A DNA stretch of 56,949 nucleotides from Mesotaenium endlicherianum (taxonomy: Eukaryota): contig WELA01001462.1 of NCBI GenBank assembly GCA_009602735.1, positions 706,773 to 763,721 of the forward strand, in the 5' to 3' direction. The translations under genes were made by a program, and so were the position numbers. The notes under the pieces were generated by a model that did no database searches, had not been told where the DNA came from, and saw nothing but the letters and a program-made list of their open reading frames with translations. Positions within the stretch are counted from its first letter, which is position 1. Every line of letters begins with the position of its first letter. This document shows positions 38,977-50,139 of this stretch, piece by piece.

Positions 38977-39870
38977 TAACCTTTTTTGGTTATCTGGAGT
39001 GTGAATAGTTGGACATTGTTAACCAGGCCTTTGGTCTCCATGGACAATTTAATTTTTTGGTACAATTTTATTATTATTATTATTTTGATTGGCAAATTGT
39101 TGCTGCATTGGTTGGCCACCTAGGCCCCCTGGACTTTTGGGTGCACATGCTCACGTTAAGGAGCATAACATTGTTAGACGTGGGTGGAATACCAGGCCTA
39201 GGACTCCACAAATATTTGTTTGTAATTATTGTTGCTATTGGTTATGTTTGATTGGTTGGTGACTCGGTTCTTGCTGTGGTCATTGCATACATGATAGTGT
39301 TTGTTGTAAATATTTTGTGGCCGTTTTGTTGGTTGTTATAGTTGCCGTTACGTCAGTTTGCTTGTTGGGCAAAATAGTAGGCGGATGATGCATGTCCCTC
39401 TTATCGAGGGACGTACGCCGCACGTATGGATGTGCGTAAGTGGAAGAAAGCCCCTTCAGGCCTCCTAGGCGCTGGCAGATTGCGCACGAATGGAGACCAC
39501 TCTCATTGAGCTTTGGTTCTCGCGGCTGGTTTTTGGTTTGTTGGCGTGTCGCCCCTCGCGCACTGGCGCGTTGTATTTGCAAGGCTGTTATAGGCCAGAG
39601 GAGTGTCGCCAAAAGGTTTTCAAAGCACAAATTGAATTCACGCGCACTGGCGCAAGTGTGCATGAAGGCTCCTGCCAACCATATAGGCATTGGCAGTGGG
39701 AGCATGGTTGGGATCACTCCTATGGAATTTGGATCGCCGCGTATAGAGGGGCTGCAATGCGATGTCAAAAGGGTGCACACATGTGCCACACAAATCGGTT
39801 GCCGGTGCATGCATAGCGTACCCCGATGCTGCAATTGCTGAGCAGGGTAATGTAGGATGCCAGTCAATCG

Positions 39871-41961
39871 TTGACACGTTCGAGGCATCGTGGCCAAGAC
39901 CAACCGCGGGTATGCTATATCGTGTGTGGGGTCATAGGTAATTTCGTGAGCGACGAGAAGGATTTCGAACACGAACTCCAAGTGTACTTGGGGCGGAAGG
40001 AAGAAGCCGTGCAGTCGGACGGCGCCGCATCGAAGGTACCACCGAAAGCAACCGTGGTAGCAAGAAATTTGGGAGCAAATGTTGCCTGGTGGAAACGTTG
40101 GTGTACGTCTTCGTTAGTCCTCTTTACCATTGAGAGTGGCTACAAGTTGGTGTGGGACACGCATACTGCACCTCCGCATCACCAGCGCAACCATAAAGGT
40201 GTGGAGAAACACATACAATTTGCCCGTGAATCAGTGGGGGAGCTAGTAGCCTCCGGAGCTGCCAGAGAGTGGACTCTCCCAGGTCTCCCACACTGCATAT
40301 GCCCCTTGAACGTGGTCGAGGGCAAGAAGTTACGATTAATTCATGACCTGCGCCACGTGAACAAAGCGTTGAAAAAAGTAAAATTTAAGTACGAGGGGTT
40401 GGATAAGTTAGTCAATGTCGTGCACGTAGACGACTTCGTGTTTACCATTGACCTCAGGTCTGGCTATCATCACGTCAAGATGCACGAAGATGCACATACG
40501 TTCTTGGGGTTCGAGCTGGATAAGAAAATTTACACTTTCACATGTCTCCCATTCGGACTTGCGATCGCACCTTACGTATTCACACGAGTGGTGAAAGAGC
40601 TGGTGGGAAGGTGGAGGCAGATGGGGATACGAGTCATAGCATATCTAGACAATTTTCTGGTGAGCTGTCCCAGTGAGGACGCCCACGCGCGAACAATGCG
40701 GCTGGTGTTCGGCGAACTTGCACTAGCAGGATTCGTGGTGAATATGCAGAAGGCAATACTTACGTGTTCAAAAATCACACAGTTCTTGGGCGTTGTGATA
40801 GACACTCGGAAACTTTGGGTGCACATTGGCAAGACGCGCAAGGAAAAGCTTCTGCTAACACTCCTCCACGTTCGAGCTATGGCCCACAGGACCCGTAGCG
40901 TGCACATTAGAACGATAGCATCTTTAGCAGGCCAGCTAATTTCCATGAAGGTGGCTTTTGGGGGCACCGCGGGCATGTACACACGCCATATGTACACTGT
41001 TATCAACCAGGGGTTTACTCGGGATGACATGGTCCCCACGACGGAAGGGCTGCTCCACGAGCTTGCGTTTTGGGAGGAGCACTTTGATAAGTTGAATGGT
41101 GCTCCCATTCGGGCCACCATGGCCCCTGATTTTGTCATGCACACCGACGCTAGCGTGACCACATGGGGCGCAGTACTGAGATCGGTGGCCTCAGGGCAGA
41201 CGTGGGAATTGCTGGGCCAACTCCCCACTGCTAGCATCGGGGGATCGTCAACATCAAGAGAGATACTTGCCGCGAAGGCAGCGTTGGATAAAGCCATCCA
41301 AATGATAGGCGGGCGACAAGTGCTCTTGCGCGTCGACAGCCAAGCAATGTATTATGTTTTGAGAAAAGGCGGCTCGTCTAAGGCAGATTTAGCAGATGCT
41401 TGTGCTCAAGTATTTGGTATTAGCCTTAGACACCAACTCAACTTGTTCGTAGAGTGGATTCCTAGGGAATTGAATGCAGTGGCAGACGAGCTCTCTAAGC
41501 GGAAAGACTTGGACGACTTTTTCCTGCAACCGGAGGCTTTTCAAAGACTAGAAGCAGAGTGGGGGCCGCATTCGATCGATAGATTTGCCACAGCAAGCAA
41601 CACGCGCTTGTCGAGGTTCAACTCTAGGTGGCTAGAGGTGGGCGCTGAGGCCATAAATGCCCTCACCGAGCACTGGGCAGGTGAAAACAACTATTGTTTT
41701 CCACCACCTCAGATGGTCGCTCCAGTAGTCGACCACGTGCTGCGATGCAAGGCCAACTGCACGCTAGTGATACTCCAGTGGCAGTCAGCCAGCTGGTGGC
41801 CGCGGTTGCTAGATAGCGATGCGGAGTGGATAGATTGTGTGCAGGCGAGCATTCCGCTAGGCTATAGCTCCTCGATTTTGTTGCCTGGCACAGACAAGGC
41901 TGCGTTTGGGGGCAAGGGCATCCCTCTGTGCATGGTGCTAGCCTTACGCCTGGGTGTATGA
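39871..41961 (+). CDS. RT-RNaseH-Dam-like methyltransferase ORF of copy B (open, but YLDN)
   Basis: 696-aa open frame with DIRS-type RT, RNase H and MT motifs. Confidence 0.92.
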   Translation: MTRSRHRGQDQPRVCYIVCGVIGNFVSDEKDFEHELQVYLGRKEEAVQSDGAASKVPPKATVVARNLGANVAWWKRWCTSSLVLFTIESGYKLVWDTHTAPPHHQRNHKGVEKHIQFARESVGELVASGAAREWTLPGLPHCICPLNVVEGKKLRLIHDLRHVNKALKKVKFKYEGLDKLVNVVHVDDFVFTIDLRSGYHHVKMHEDAHTFLGFELDKKIYTFTCLPFGLAIAPYVFTRVVKELVGRWRQMGIRVIAYLDNFLVSCPSEDAHARTMRLVFGELALAGFVVNMQKAILTCSKITQFLGVVIDTRKLWVHIGKTRKEKLLLTLLHVRAMAHRTRSVHIRTIASLAGQLISMKVAFGGTAGMYTRHMYTVINQGFTRDDMVPTTEGLLHELAFWEEHFDKLNGAPIRATMAPDFVMHTDASVTTWGAVLRSVASGQTWELLGQLPTASIGGSSTSREILAAKAALDKAIQMIGGRQVLLRVDSQAMYYVLRKGGSSKADLADACAQVFGISLRHQLNLFVEWIPRELNAVADELSKRKDLDDFFLQPEAFQRLEAEWGPHSIDRFATASNTRLSRFNSRWLEVGAEAINALTEHWAGENNYCFPPPQMVAPVVDHVLRCKANCTLVILQWQSASWWPRLLDSDAEWIDCVQASIPLGYSSSILLPGTDKAAFGGKGIPLCMVLALRLGV

Positions 41962-41973
41962 GGTGCTGAGCAG

Positions 41974-43512
41974 AATATCGACTTTTCGAACATCCGGCCT
42001 TACAAGCCTTGGAAGCCACGAGCGTGGACGTGTTGCTCCACACTATCGCGCCTACCAGTCTGCGTACTTACAACACTTACTGGATGCGTTTTCAACGGTG
42101 GTGCAAAATGCATAAGTTGCAGGATCTTCGGGCGCCAGTCGAGGTGATCAGGCTCTACTGATTGTACCTCATCCAGGAGCGTGTCACCTGGTCTACATAC
42201 CATTTGTCATCGGCTGCAATCTTTTGCGTGCATCGACTAGCGGAGCTACCTAGCCCCACATTGCACGACAAAATCAGTACCCTTAGAAAAGCAGCGCAAA
42301 GGTTGCTGCCCAGACCCAAGCACACCATGATGCCGGTCGCACCCTGCACCCTCACTGCGATTTTTGAAAAGCACGCAGGGCCAGGTGCCACCGCCGCATC
42401 CCTCATGAAGGTGGCCTCGATGATGCTCATGTATAGTGCTTGTCTGCAATACTCAGATATGACCAAAACCAGAATTCAGGATCTCGACATCACGGGTGGT
42501 CCAAACATCACAGCCATTTACTTGCACCTCCCGTCCTCTAAGACGACCCAAATTGGTGAGGGCCATGGGGTGCCCTTCACGCAAGAAACTCCAAGTGGTG
42601 CCCGGTAAAAATTTTGTGTAGGTTAGTGGCGGAGATACCAGAGTATGCTCTCGATGGACCTCTAATTCGGCATATACAGGCTTCTGGCAGATCTTCTCTC
42701 CAGCCCGCCTCACACGCCATTGCGAATAAGTGGTGCAAGGAACTATTCGCATCGGTGGGCCTTACACAGAACATGGGGACGCACTCCTTGCGAAAGGGAG
42801 CCGCCACAGCAGCCGCCAACTTGGGCGTCCCAGATGCCGTAGCCCAAACTATGGGCAGATGGAAATCTGCTCGAGGAAAAGAGCCATACGTGCTTCACCT
42901 GCAGCAGTCACTGGCATCCGCGGCCCGAACCATAGCCATCCCTGACGATGCTAGCGATGCTCCCTATGACCAAGAGCAAATTCTAGCAGCTTTTAGATGC
43001 TGTAGTGATTTGAGTTATCATATATTAGTTTGCATATATTTTAATGTTTTCAAATATATTTGGAGTAGTATTGTGTGGATTCAAGTGTGAATAGGTACTC
43101 TAGTGACTTGGCATGTCCTTTGAACCTTCTAAGGCATTTTTGAAGTTAGAGGAAAGACCTAGAAGAACTTCACGTGGCAAAAGTCAAATATGCTATTTTT
43201 AGGTCAAAAGGACATGTGTACATTATTCTAGAAAGAGGTGGCAAGTTTTGGGATGTGTTGGGTGCCAGCACATCAACATACACCTTCCTAGAAATTACTT
43301 ATGTAGCAAGTATACAAACAAGAGCTAGAACATAGAGAGACATTCGAGAATCACTCTTGTACTTGCCAAAATCCAGAAATATATTAACTTTCAAGAAGCC
43401 ATCTCTCTTTCGAGAAGCTACCACTTGTGTTCAAGGATCCTTGTCTTAAATAAATAAAGTATTATATTTCACTAAGTACTTTATCTATCTGTTTCACTAC
43501 AGACGCAAGTAG
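41974..43512 (+). pseudogene. Tyrosine recombinase of copy B (stop, frameshift, LQYSD, solo LTR in the last codons)
   Basis: HSLRKGAATAAAN, GRWKS, EPYV; aligns to the copy A YR. Confidence 0.9.
43001..43501. mobile_element. Solo LTR (501 bp) inserted in the copy B YR
   Basis: TGTAGTGA...TCACTACA termini; TSD GATGC/GACGC (one CpG transition). Absent from copy A. Confidence 0.9.
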
Positions 43513-45551
43513 CAATACCATGTAGTACGACCCGTAGGGGCCACTACTTAGATAAGACCCAACTTCTACGCTAACCACTAGCCTAGCCTAGAAGTACCTT
43601 GTATGCTATTAATATTGCATACTAATACTCCTACTATTCTTTCTAATATCACCTTCTTTTTTTCGAAATCAGGCAATTTGAACATAAATTGTCAAATTGA
43701 AGGTTTGCGATATNTTTGAACATAAATTGTCAAATTGAAGGTTTGCGATATGAAATGTCGCAAACCAAACTTTGACAAGGGTTTAAATTTGATCGATTTC
43801 ACACGTGTTGTGTCTCATCGACAAACAAAACCCTCATAAGGCTTCTCGTTGCAAAGAAGCCTCATTGCAGCAGGAAGATAGTTGCTACACATACCCACCC
43901 ACCCACCCCTCTAACCCCCCAATCCACTTGGAGAGGCATGAGGCGGGCAACGAAGTTGGTGCCAGCAACAGTGTTCAAATTTGATCAATTTCACACGTGT
44001 TGTGTCTCCTCGACAAACAAAACCTCCATAAGGCGTCTCGTTGCACAGAAGCCTCATTGCAACAGGAAGGTAGCTGCTACACATACCCACTTACCCACCC
44101 CTCTAACCCTCCACTCCACTGGGAGAGGCACAAGGCAGGCAACGAAGTTGGTGCCAGCAATAGTCTTTGGTATGCACAATAGGGTGGTTGTTGTTTTGTT
44201 AGTATTACAATATGTTTTCGTCGATTAGTAGTAACCAACGGCGGCGATGTGACGGACAACCTCAACAGAACAAGAATGCAGCTGCCAATCCATAGTGTTG
44301 GTTAGGAGTTGGAATATAGTTGTTTTGACCTCTTTGTCTTGTTATTGATTCAAGTACAGATAAGCGTAGCAGCATATAGGAAAGGACTAGACAAGAACAA
44401 AATGACGCGCAAGTGTAGCATACTAATACTCCTACTATTCTTTCTAATATCACCTTCTTTCTTTCGAAATCAGGCAATTTGAACACAAATTGTCAAATTA
44501 GTATAGTTACGACCCTTAGGAGCAGCAGCGAGCGAGAGCCAATTTTTGCATGAACCACTAGATTAGCTTACCACCACTAGACTAGCTTATAAGTACCTTG
44601 TATGCTATTGATATTGCATACAACTACTCCTACTATTCTTTTCTATAATCACCTTCTTTCTTTCGTAATCAGGCAACCTGAACACAAATTGTCAAACTGC
44701 CACTTGTGTTTACAAACGTCTTTTGCATATCCATTATAGATCGCAAAACCTATATTTGTCATGAAGCACTTGGAATTTGTCCCAGAGAAAAATCCACTTA
44801 TATTGCAACCTAATTATAGACCAATTCGCGGCTTGGAGCTTGCCGGAAATGGCGGATTTTGTAATGACATGAGCGGCATGTGTTCTTGGCTGTTGTGGCC
44901 CAAAGGTTCTGCGTCATTACCTTTTTCCTCCAGATTAAGGCATAATAGGGCTTACAATCAGAACCTCCTAAATGGGCTACAAATATAATTGATGCCAAAG
45001 TGTGGGTCACTGTGCTGTCATACTAGTTGCGTGTGTTATGTCGTATGTGTAACCAGTACCATAGCTTATTGTCAGTCAAATCCCTTCTGGATTGTGGGGC
45101 ATAACAGCTCTTGCAAAAGTATGTCTGTTAGACTTTGGTCCAGCCAAAGTCTGATTGCATCATGGGTATGCAGCAACTAAAACTTACAATCAGAGAGAGT
45201 CAAAACTGCCACATCATTCCTCAACAATATGGACTGCTACATACGAGAGTATGCACGTAATGGCATGTTTGCCACCAGCCAACTTTAGGCTTAAGCACAA
45301 ATATTCTTCGGATGGCCGTGTTATTCTTCAGTCAGCCACTTGTGGCCAGCCTAGAAAAATGTTTCTTGTCTCATGCTCACATAAAAAAGTACGAGCATAT
45401 GTGTGTAATGAACTAAATTTGGCACCATTATTCTTGTCATGAGAACTCCTTCATGCTTCCTTCCATGAGGAAGCGACATTTCTACTACATCCTGGCACAT
45501 CCTGCGTGTGCAGCATTACCATGATGAGCCCGACCTCATGTACTCATACGT

Positions 45552-48500
45552 TTAGGTGATAACATGATTAAGTTCTTGCACATCCGCAGCCAACGATATC
45601 TTCAAGGCATTAATTAGAGCTTTTGCGTCGAAGAGGGTACCACTGGAATCCACCTTGACCGAGTCCGCCATTAACTGGAGTAGAAGCAGAAGGCATCAAT
45701 TTGGTCAGCAGACAAAGCATCGACATTCCGGAAAAGAGGGAAGGGGGGGGCATGCTGCAATATAGATGTAGGCATAATAGATCTGCACATACATGAGAAG
45801 GAAAAGAAGAGGGCAGAACCAGGAGCTATGAGGAGCAACTTCAATTTCCACGATTTGGTCAAAGCGTGGTGTATGCGCGCGTCCATAAAGTAGAGAGCTC
45901 ACCACTTGCTCAACTCCAAGGGCTTGCAATTCGGCTGTATCCACCACTAAGTCACCTTGCGTGGGAGCAATGACTGTAGTGATATATGCAGATGCCTATC
46001 ACCACCACCAATCAAAAAGTGAATGGGGAATTAGTGCATAAATTTGAAGGAGGAGGTCAGCAGCAGGAACTCATTAGAAGTGCGGCGAGATCAGCACTTA
46101 CAGGATGGTAGAGCCGGAACCGCAAATCTTTTGTATAACAACGGTTGAGCGCGTCAGTTATGGCCCGCACGCAGTCCGCTGCACTCATGCCACCTGTCTC
46201 TCGATCGTGTGTGCCGTTTAGTAGAAGGATCTGACATGCAAAATATGAGTCAGACACGCAACATGGAACTAGCATGGAGATCGGGTACAGTAATCAGGAT
46301 GAAGCAAGTGCGCAGGAAATGGGCCTAGAAGTCGCTAAGTAACAAGACAAGGTGATGGAAAATCTCACCTTGGGGCACTTCCTACTAGCAATCGCTTCTC
46401 CCACTCCACGCAAGACCTTTGCAGACCAAGGCACAACCATCCCACATCAGCTAACAGCTCAAATATGATACTTCAATTATCACTTCACTCTCATTTTCAG
46501 CCAAAACAAGAAAGGAGGGCAAGCACACGACAGCAAGCCCGGCCCTCATACCAGGTAAGAACAGCATGCTCATTTCAGCAGCTTTACGCGTATCAGCATC
46601 CTCACATTCTTCCTGGTCTCTAGCAAGGTCTCTCAATAGGGTTGCCACTATTAGTTTCTGCCAAACCGAGGTTTCACGTAAACAAGGGACTAACACATAA
46701 GTTCAGCCAATGTTGTTTATATGTACTACCAAAAGCATGGACCACAAGCACCAACTTCCAATACTACCCAATATTGAAGTGTCTTTTCAAGTCATGCATA
46801 ACAAAGATCATCTTGCTGATGTTCTTACAAAGCTAGTTGAGTTTGTCTCAGTAAATCAACAGTAAAGCATGTTTCGGAACGGATATAACCACAACCACTA
46901 TTCTAGTTTTGAGCAAATGGATCTTGTTTTTTTAATGCAAGGACAAGTTACACGGTGGAGCACAGGTGCAGACATCGGGGACCAGAAGAAATACCAGGGA
47001 GGGGCAGATGGAGGTGTAGAGCGAGCCCATGCCATAGACAAGAGCATCCACACAGCCCAGCTTCTCCACCACTGTGGGATTCACTTGCGGATACACCTGC
47101 ATTCTCCCCCCCCCCCCTCTCCCATTAGCCACACACCGAGGGCGCCGAGGGCTGTAGCGCCCAGCTGGTACAGCGGCGGAAAAGACGAGCAAGAAAGAGG
47201 GCAACCTCGTCCAAGAGATATGTGCCTTCTGAGGCCATGTAGAAGATGCGCTTCACGGGCGATGGCAGCGCGACCAAGGAGCCCTCACTCTGCACCCATA
47301 CACCGTCAACAATCCGGCCAACACTCACTCAGGCAAGCTGTTGCTTTGCCTACCTCCTCCCACTAATATGTATTGCCGAGAGCCTGCCTAAGACTTGCAA
47401 GATATGTAACACAGGAAAGCAGACAAGCAAGGAAGGCGACAACTGGTGCACCTTGTCAGAATGGCGGCGCGCCTCACCAGGAGATGGAGATGCGCACCCC
47501 CACCCCGGGTGTGATATTTCGTTTTGACCTCTGATGATGGTCCCATCCTGCACCTCTAGCATGGTCCACCCTTCAGCCCCCCCCACACACACACAACGGG
47601 TGCTATTCTATCAAAAGGAGAACTTGGCAGCAATTTTCCCTCTGAGACTACCTCTCAATGAGCGAGCAGTGAGGAAGGGGGAGGGGGAGGGGGAGGAAGC
47701 CGTCACCTGGAGCTCAGCACCCATTGTAAGCCGATCGTTGGTCCTTATGGCAGGAAGTACCAAACTGGTGGGCGGAATATGAGACACGCGTGAGAAGAGG
47801 AATATGGCAGCATCCAGGGAGCGGAAGAAAGTCCTGGCCCCTGTGAAGAGGAAGTTGCCCACGCTGCACCCCGCGCCCCCCACCTCACCTGTCAAGGAGC
47901 GATCCTCAAGCATGCTTGTGCAGGCACACGAGGGGGCTAGGTTTTGAGTTACGAAGATGGGAGATACAGAGGTGAGGAAGGAGGCAGACCTGCCGTTCTG
48001 GAAGTTGAAGCCCTCAGTGGCGTGTTGCAGAATCTGCACCACAACCACTCGCCCATCCACAGCAGCAGACAGCGCAGAATGAGAGCTGGATCGTACTACA
48101 CCCCAAATGGGCAGCATCACCAGCAGCTCCTCGTTTGAGCCCACAACGAGTGGAGGGTTCCAGATGGGTGCCTGGTGCTGGAAGTGCACGAGAAAGCCGC
48201 GGATGGTGTCCCGGTATGGCTCTGACACGCCGTCCCACAGTGTGTGCTCCCCCTCCACTATTCTGTACCTGCAAGCCCTTGGCCCACCTTTCCAACGTAG
48301 CTTGCAACAAGTCCTACTGTGGAGGAGCAATCCTGGTGGACAAAGGTTGATGGCACAGCATATGCGTCAACATATAGTGCCCACCATTCAGCTTTGGCAT
48401 CAGCGGAATGGCGAGAGAGACGGTGACCCAGAAGCTGCTTCACGGCCAGCGCTTCAGCAGTGCTGTCGTCTGAAAGGCGCAGGCAGCGGGATCGTATATC

Positions 48501-49636
48501 CCCAATGGCCGGGCCCCCTGTCATCACGCCCATCACCAACTCGCCCTCACATTTGAGCTTCCGTTTCCGCTTCCAGCTTTCTTTATCCCTCCCAGTATCC
48601 ACCTGTGTGCTTCAAATGAAGTGACCGAAAGTACAACGTACCCAGGACTCGCACAATTTCAGCAGTGCTACCACCGTCATCAGAAACAGGCAGCACGTGA
48701 GCCACATGCGTTGTCAGCTGCTTCAGTTCACCGACCACTCCATTAAAAGCAGTGCCTCCTGTCCCACGACACAAATACACATGACATTACGACGGAGTCT
48801 ACAGTAGAACTGACAGTCTTACAGTACATGCTCCCTTCCGGTGAGGTTACTGCACATGATATCTTTCCCCTAGTGCATTCTCAGAAACCGCCCTTGAACT
48901 TGAGGTCCAGGTGCGTGACGTCATCACATGTACTATAATCTTTGAATGAGCAGATAGTTGGCACAGAATTCAAGTGAAAAACTCGTGCAGGATGTGGCAC
49001 ATATATCCACTAGCTATTTCAGAATAGACCAAAGACTTCATTAGGTCAGCCTGTGGTAAGCGCTAGTGTATCTGATGCTAGTTACTCTTCGTGCAATTTT
49101 GCCTAGCTCTTGAGGTCATAAAATGAGAGCTTTCAGGCATAATCAGTGTCGCACAGCCCCTTACCTGAAAAGACAAGTAGAGAGGGTTCTGTCATAGGTA
49201 AGACTTTGTCGGAAGCCACTCCAGAAATATTCAACGAGGACTGAGATTTGCCACGTTGGTCTCCAGCCATACATGTCGGTATCTGGCCACTGCTTATTGG
49301 GCTTACTTGGTCATCGACAGCATCCTTACTTATGACATATGCAGCATGCCCAGTGGTGGTCGTGCAAGTACTTGGAACTATGAGGACTTTGAGTTCAAGT
49401 TCATGAGCTCTCAACCGTATCCCATCAGCTCCTACTTTGCGGTTTGATGTTTTAGCTTCGCACTTCAAGAGTCCACGACATTTGCTGCGAAGATATTTGC
49501 TCTTGTAAACTAAGTGGAGCACTCCACTATCACGTACTGGCAAACATGCATTCTCCGCTAACATGCCATAAGGAGCGATGCCGTGCAGCGGCGTAGGCTT
49601 CAACAAACTCAAAAAAGGTAGAGCACATGCTAGCAT
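45552..49636 (-). CDS. UPF0052/CofD-like (YvcK-related; plant MEE18 / yeast YNL011C type) protein, 13 exons: 49636-49165, 48758-48642, 48517-48385, 48268-48172, 48033-47990, 47863-47707, 47547-47452, 47289-47206, 47096-46995, 46416-46369, 46230-46102, 45995-45903, 45674-45552
   Basis: LLVFSGGTAFNGV, VLPVSDDGGSTAEIVRVLGGPAIGDIRSRCLRL, GSVGNFLF, IRGQNEISHP, YGMGSLYTSICPSLVLRGVGEAI, LLLNGTHDRET. Splice phases are consistent. Confidence 0.9.
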
Positions 49637-50139
49637 TTCCTTATGGCTTACCAGAAAATCTTTTGCCCGCTAGCTGGCCTTTTCTAACATGTATAGATAG
49701 AGAAACCTTGATCAAGTCAAAGCGTCAAGGCTACACGTCCTGTTCGTTCCATGAGCTTTTCTGATATAATGCGGAGTAAGCTCCTCCTCAACAATAAGTG
49801 AAGGCGTTTTACTTTGTATAAAAAAAACTTGCAAAAGAATTAAAAATGATACGCCAACTTGCAATTCACAAAAGAGAGCCTCTGCTACGTCTGTAATTAT
49901 AAGTGGTGAAGGTTACAAATTATCAGGTAGCACTGCACAAGACACAACTCACGACAAGCGGGAGTCGATGAGATGGTAGTGAGTGCTGAGTGAGGATTTG
50001 AATTCACTGGGACACGACGACCTCTTAAACCCTGGACCTTGACTTTGCATAATTTATCTGGTCGGCCCGCGAGCGGCAAGTAGGCGATGCTTGTTGGCAT
50101 AACAAAGAAGCTACATAAAGTTCTCCTCGTCCACGGACG

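Larger units (their letters stand above)
37746..44499 (+). mobile_element. PAT-like DIRS retrotransposon 'copy B' with split direct repeats
   Basis: A1 37746-37907, gag, pol, YR, B1 about 43617-43695, A2 about 43734-43896 (plus an extra tandem unit to about 44160), B2 44417-44497. No TSD. Near-identical to copy A. Confidence 0.92.
17307..44696 (+). mobile_element. Old PAT-like DIRS element 'copy C', split by nested insertions. Pieces: 17307-17313 tip, 23394-26185, 26434-26555, 27810-27877, 37228-37745, 44498-44696
   Basis: Collinear diverged remnants of A repeat, gag, RT, YR (ending AAFRRK*), 3' UTR and B repeat, in the same order as copy B. Confidence 0.75.

Noticed and set aside
40572..41297. 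Antisense ORFs over pol, gag and host exons
   Set aside because: Shadow frames of real coding sequence with no independent motifs.
39871..43000. RT + methyltransferase + recombinase read as a prokaryotic retron, DGR or defence system
   Set aside because: The gag knuckle, RNase H, split direct repeats and intron-bearing eukaryotic neighbours identify a DIRS-order retrotransposon.
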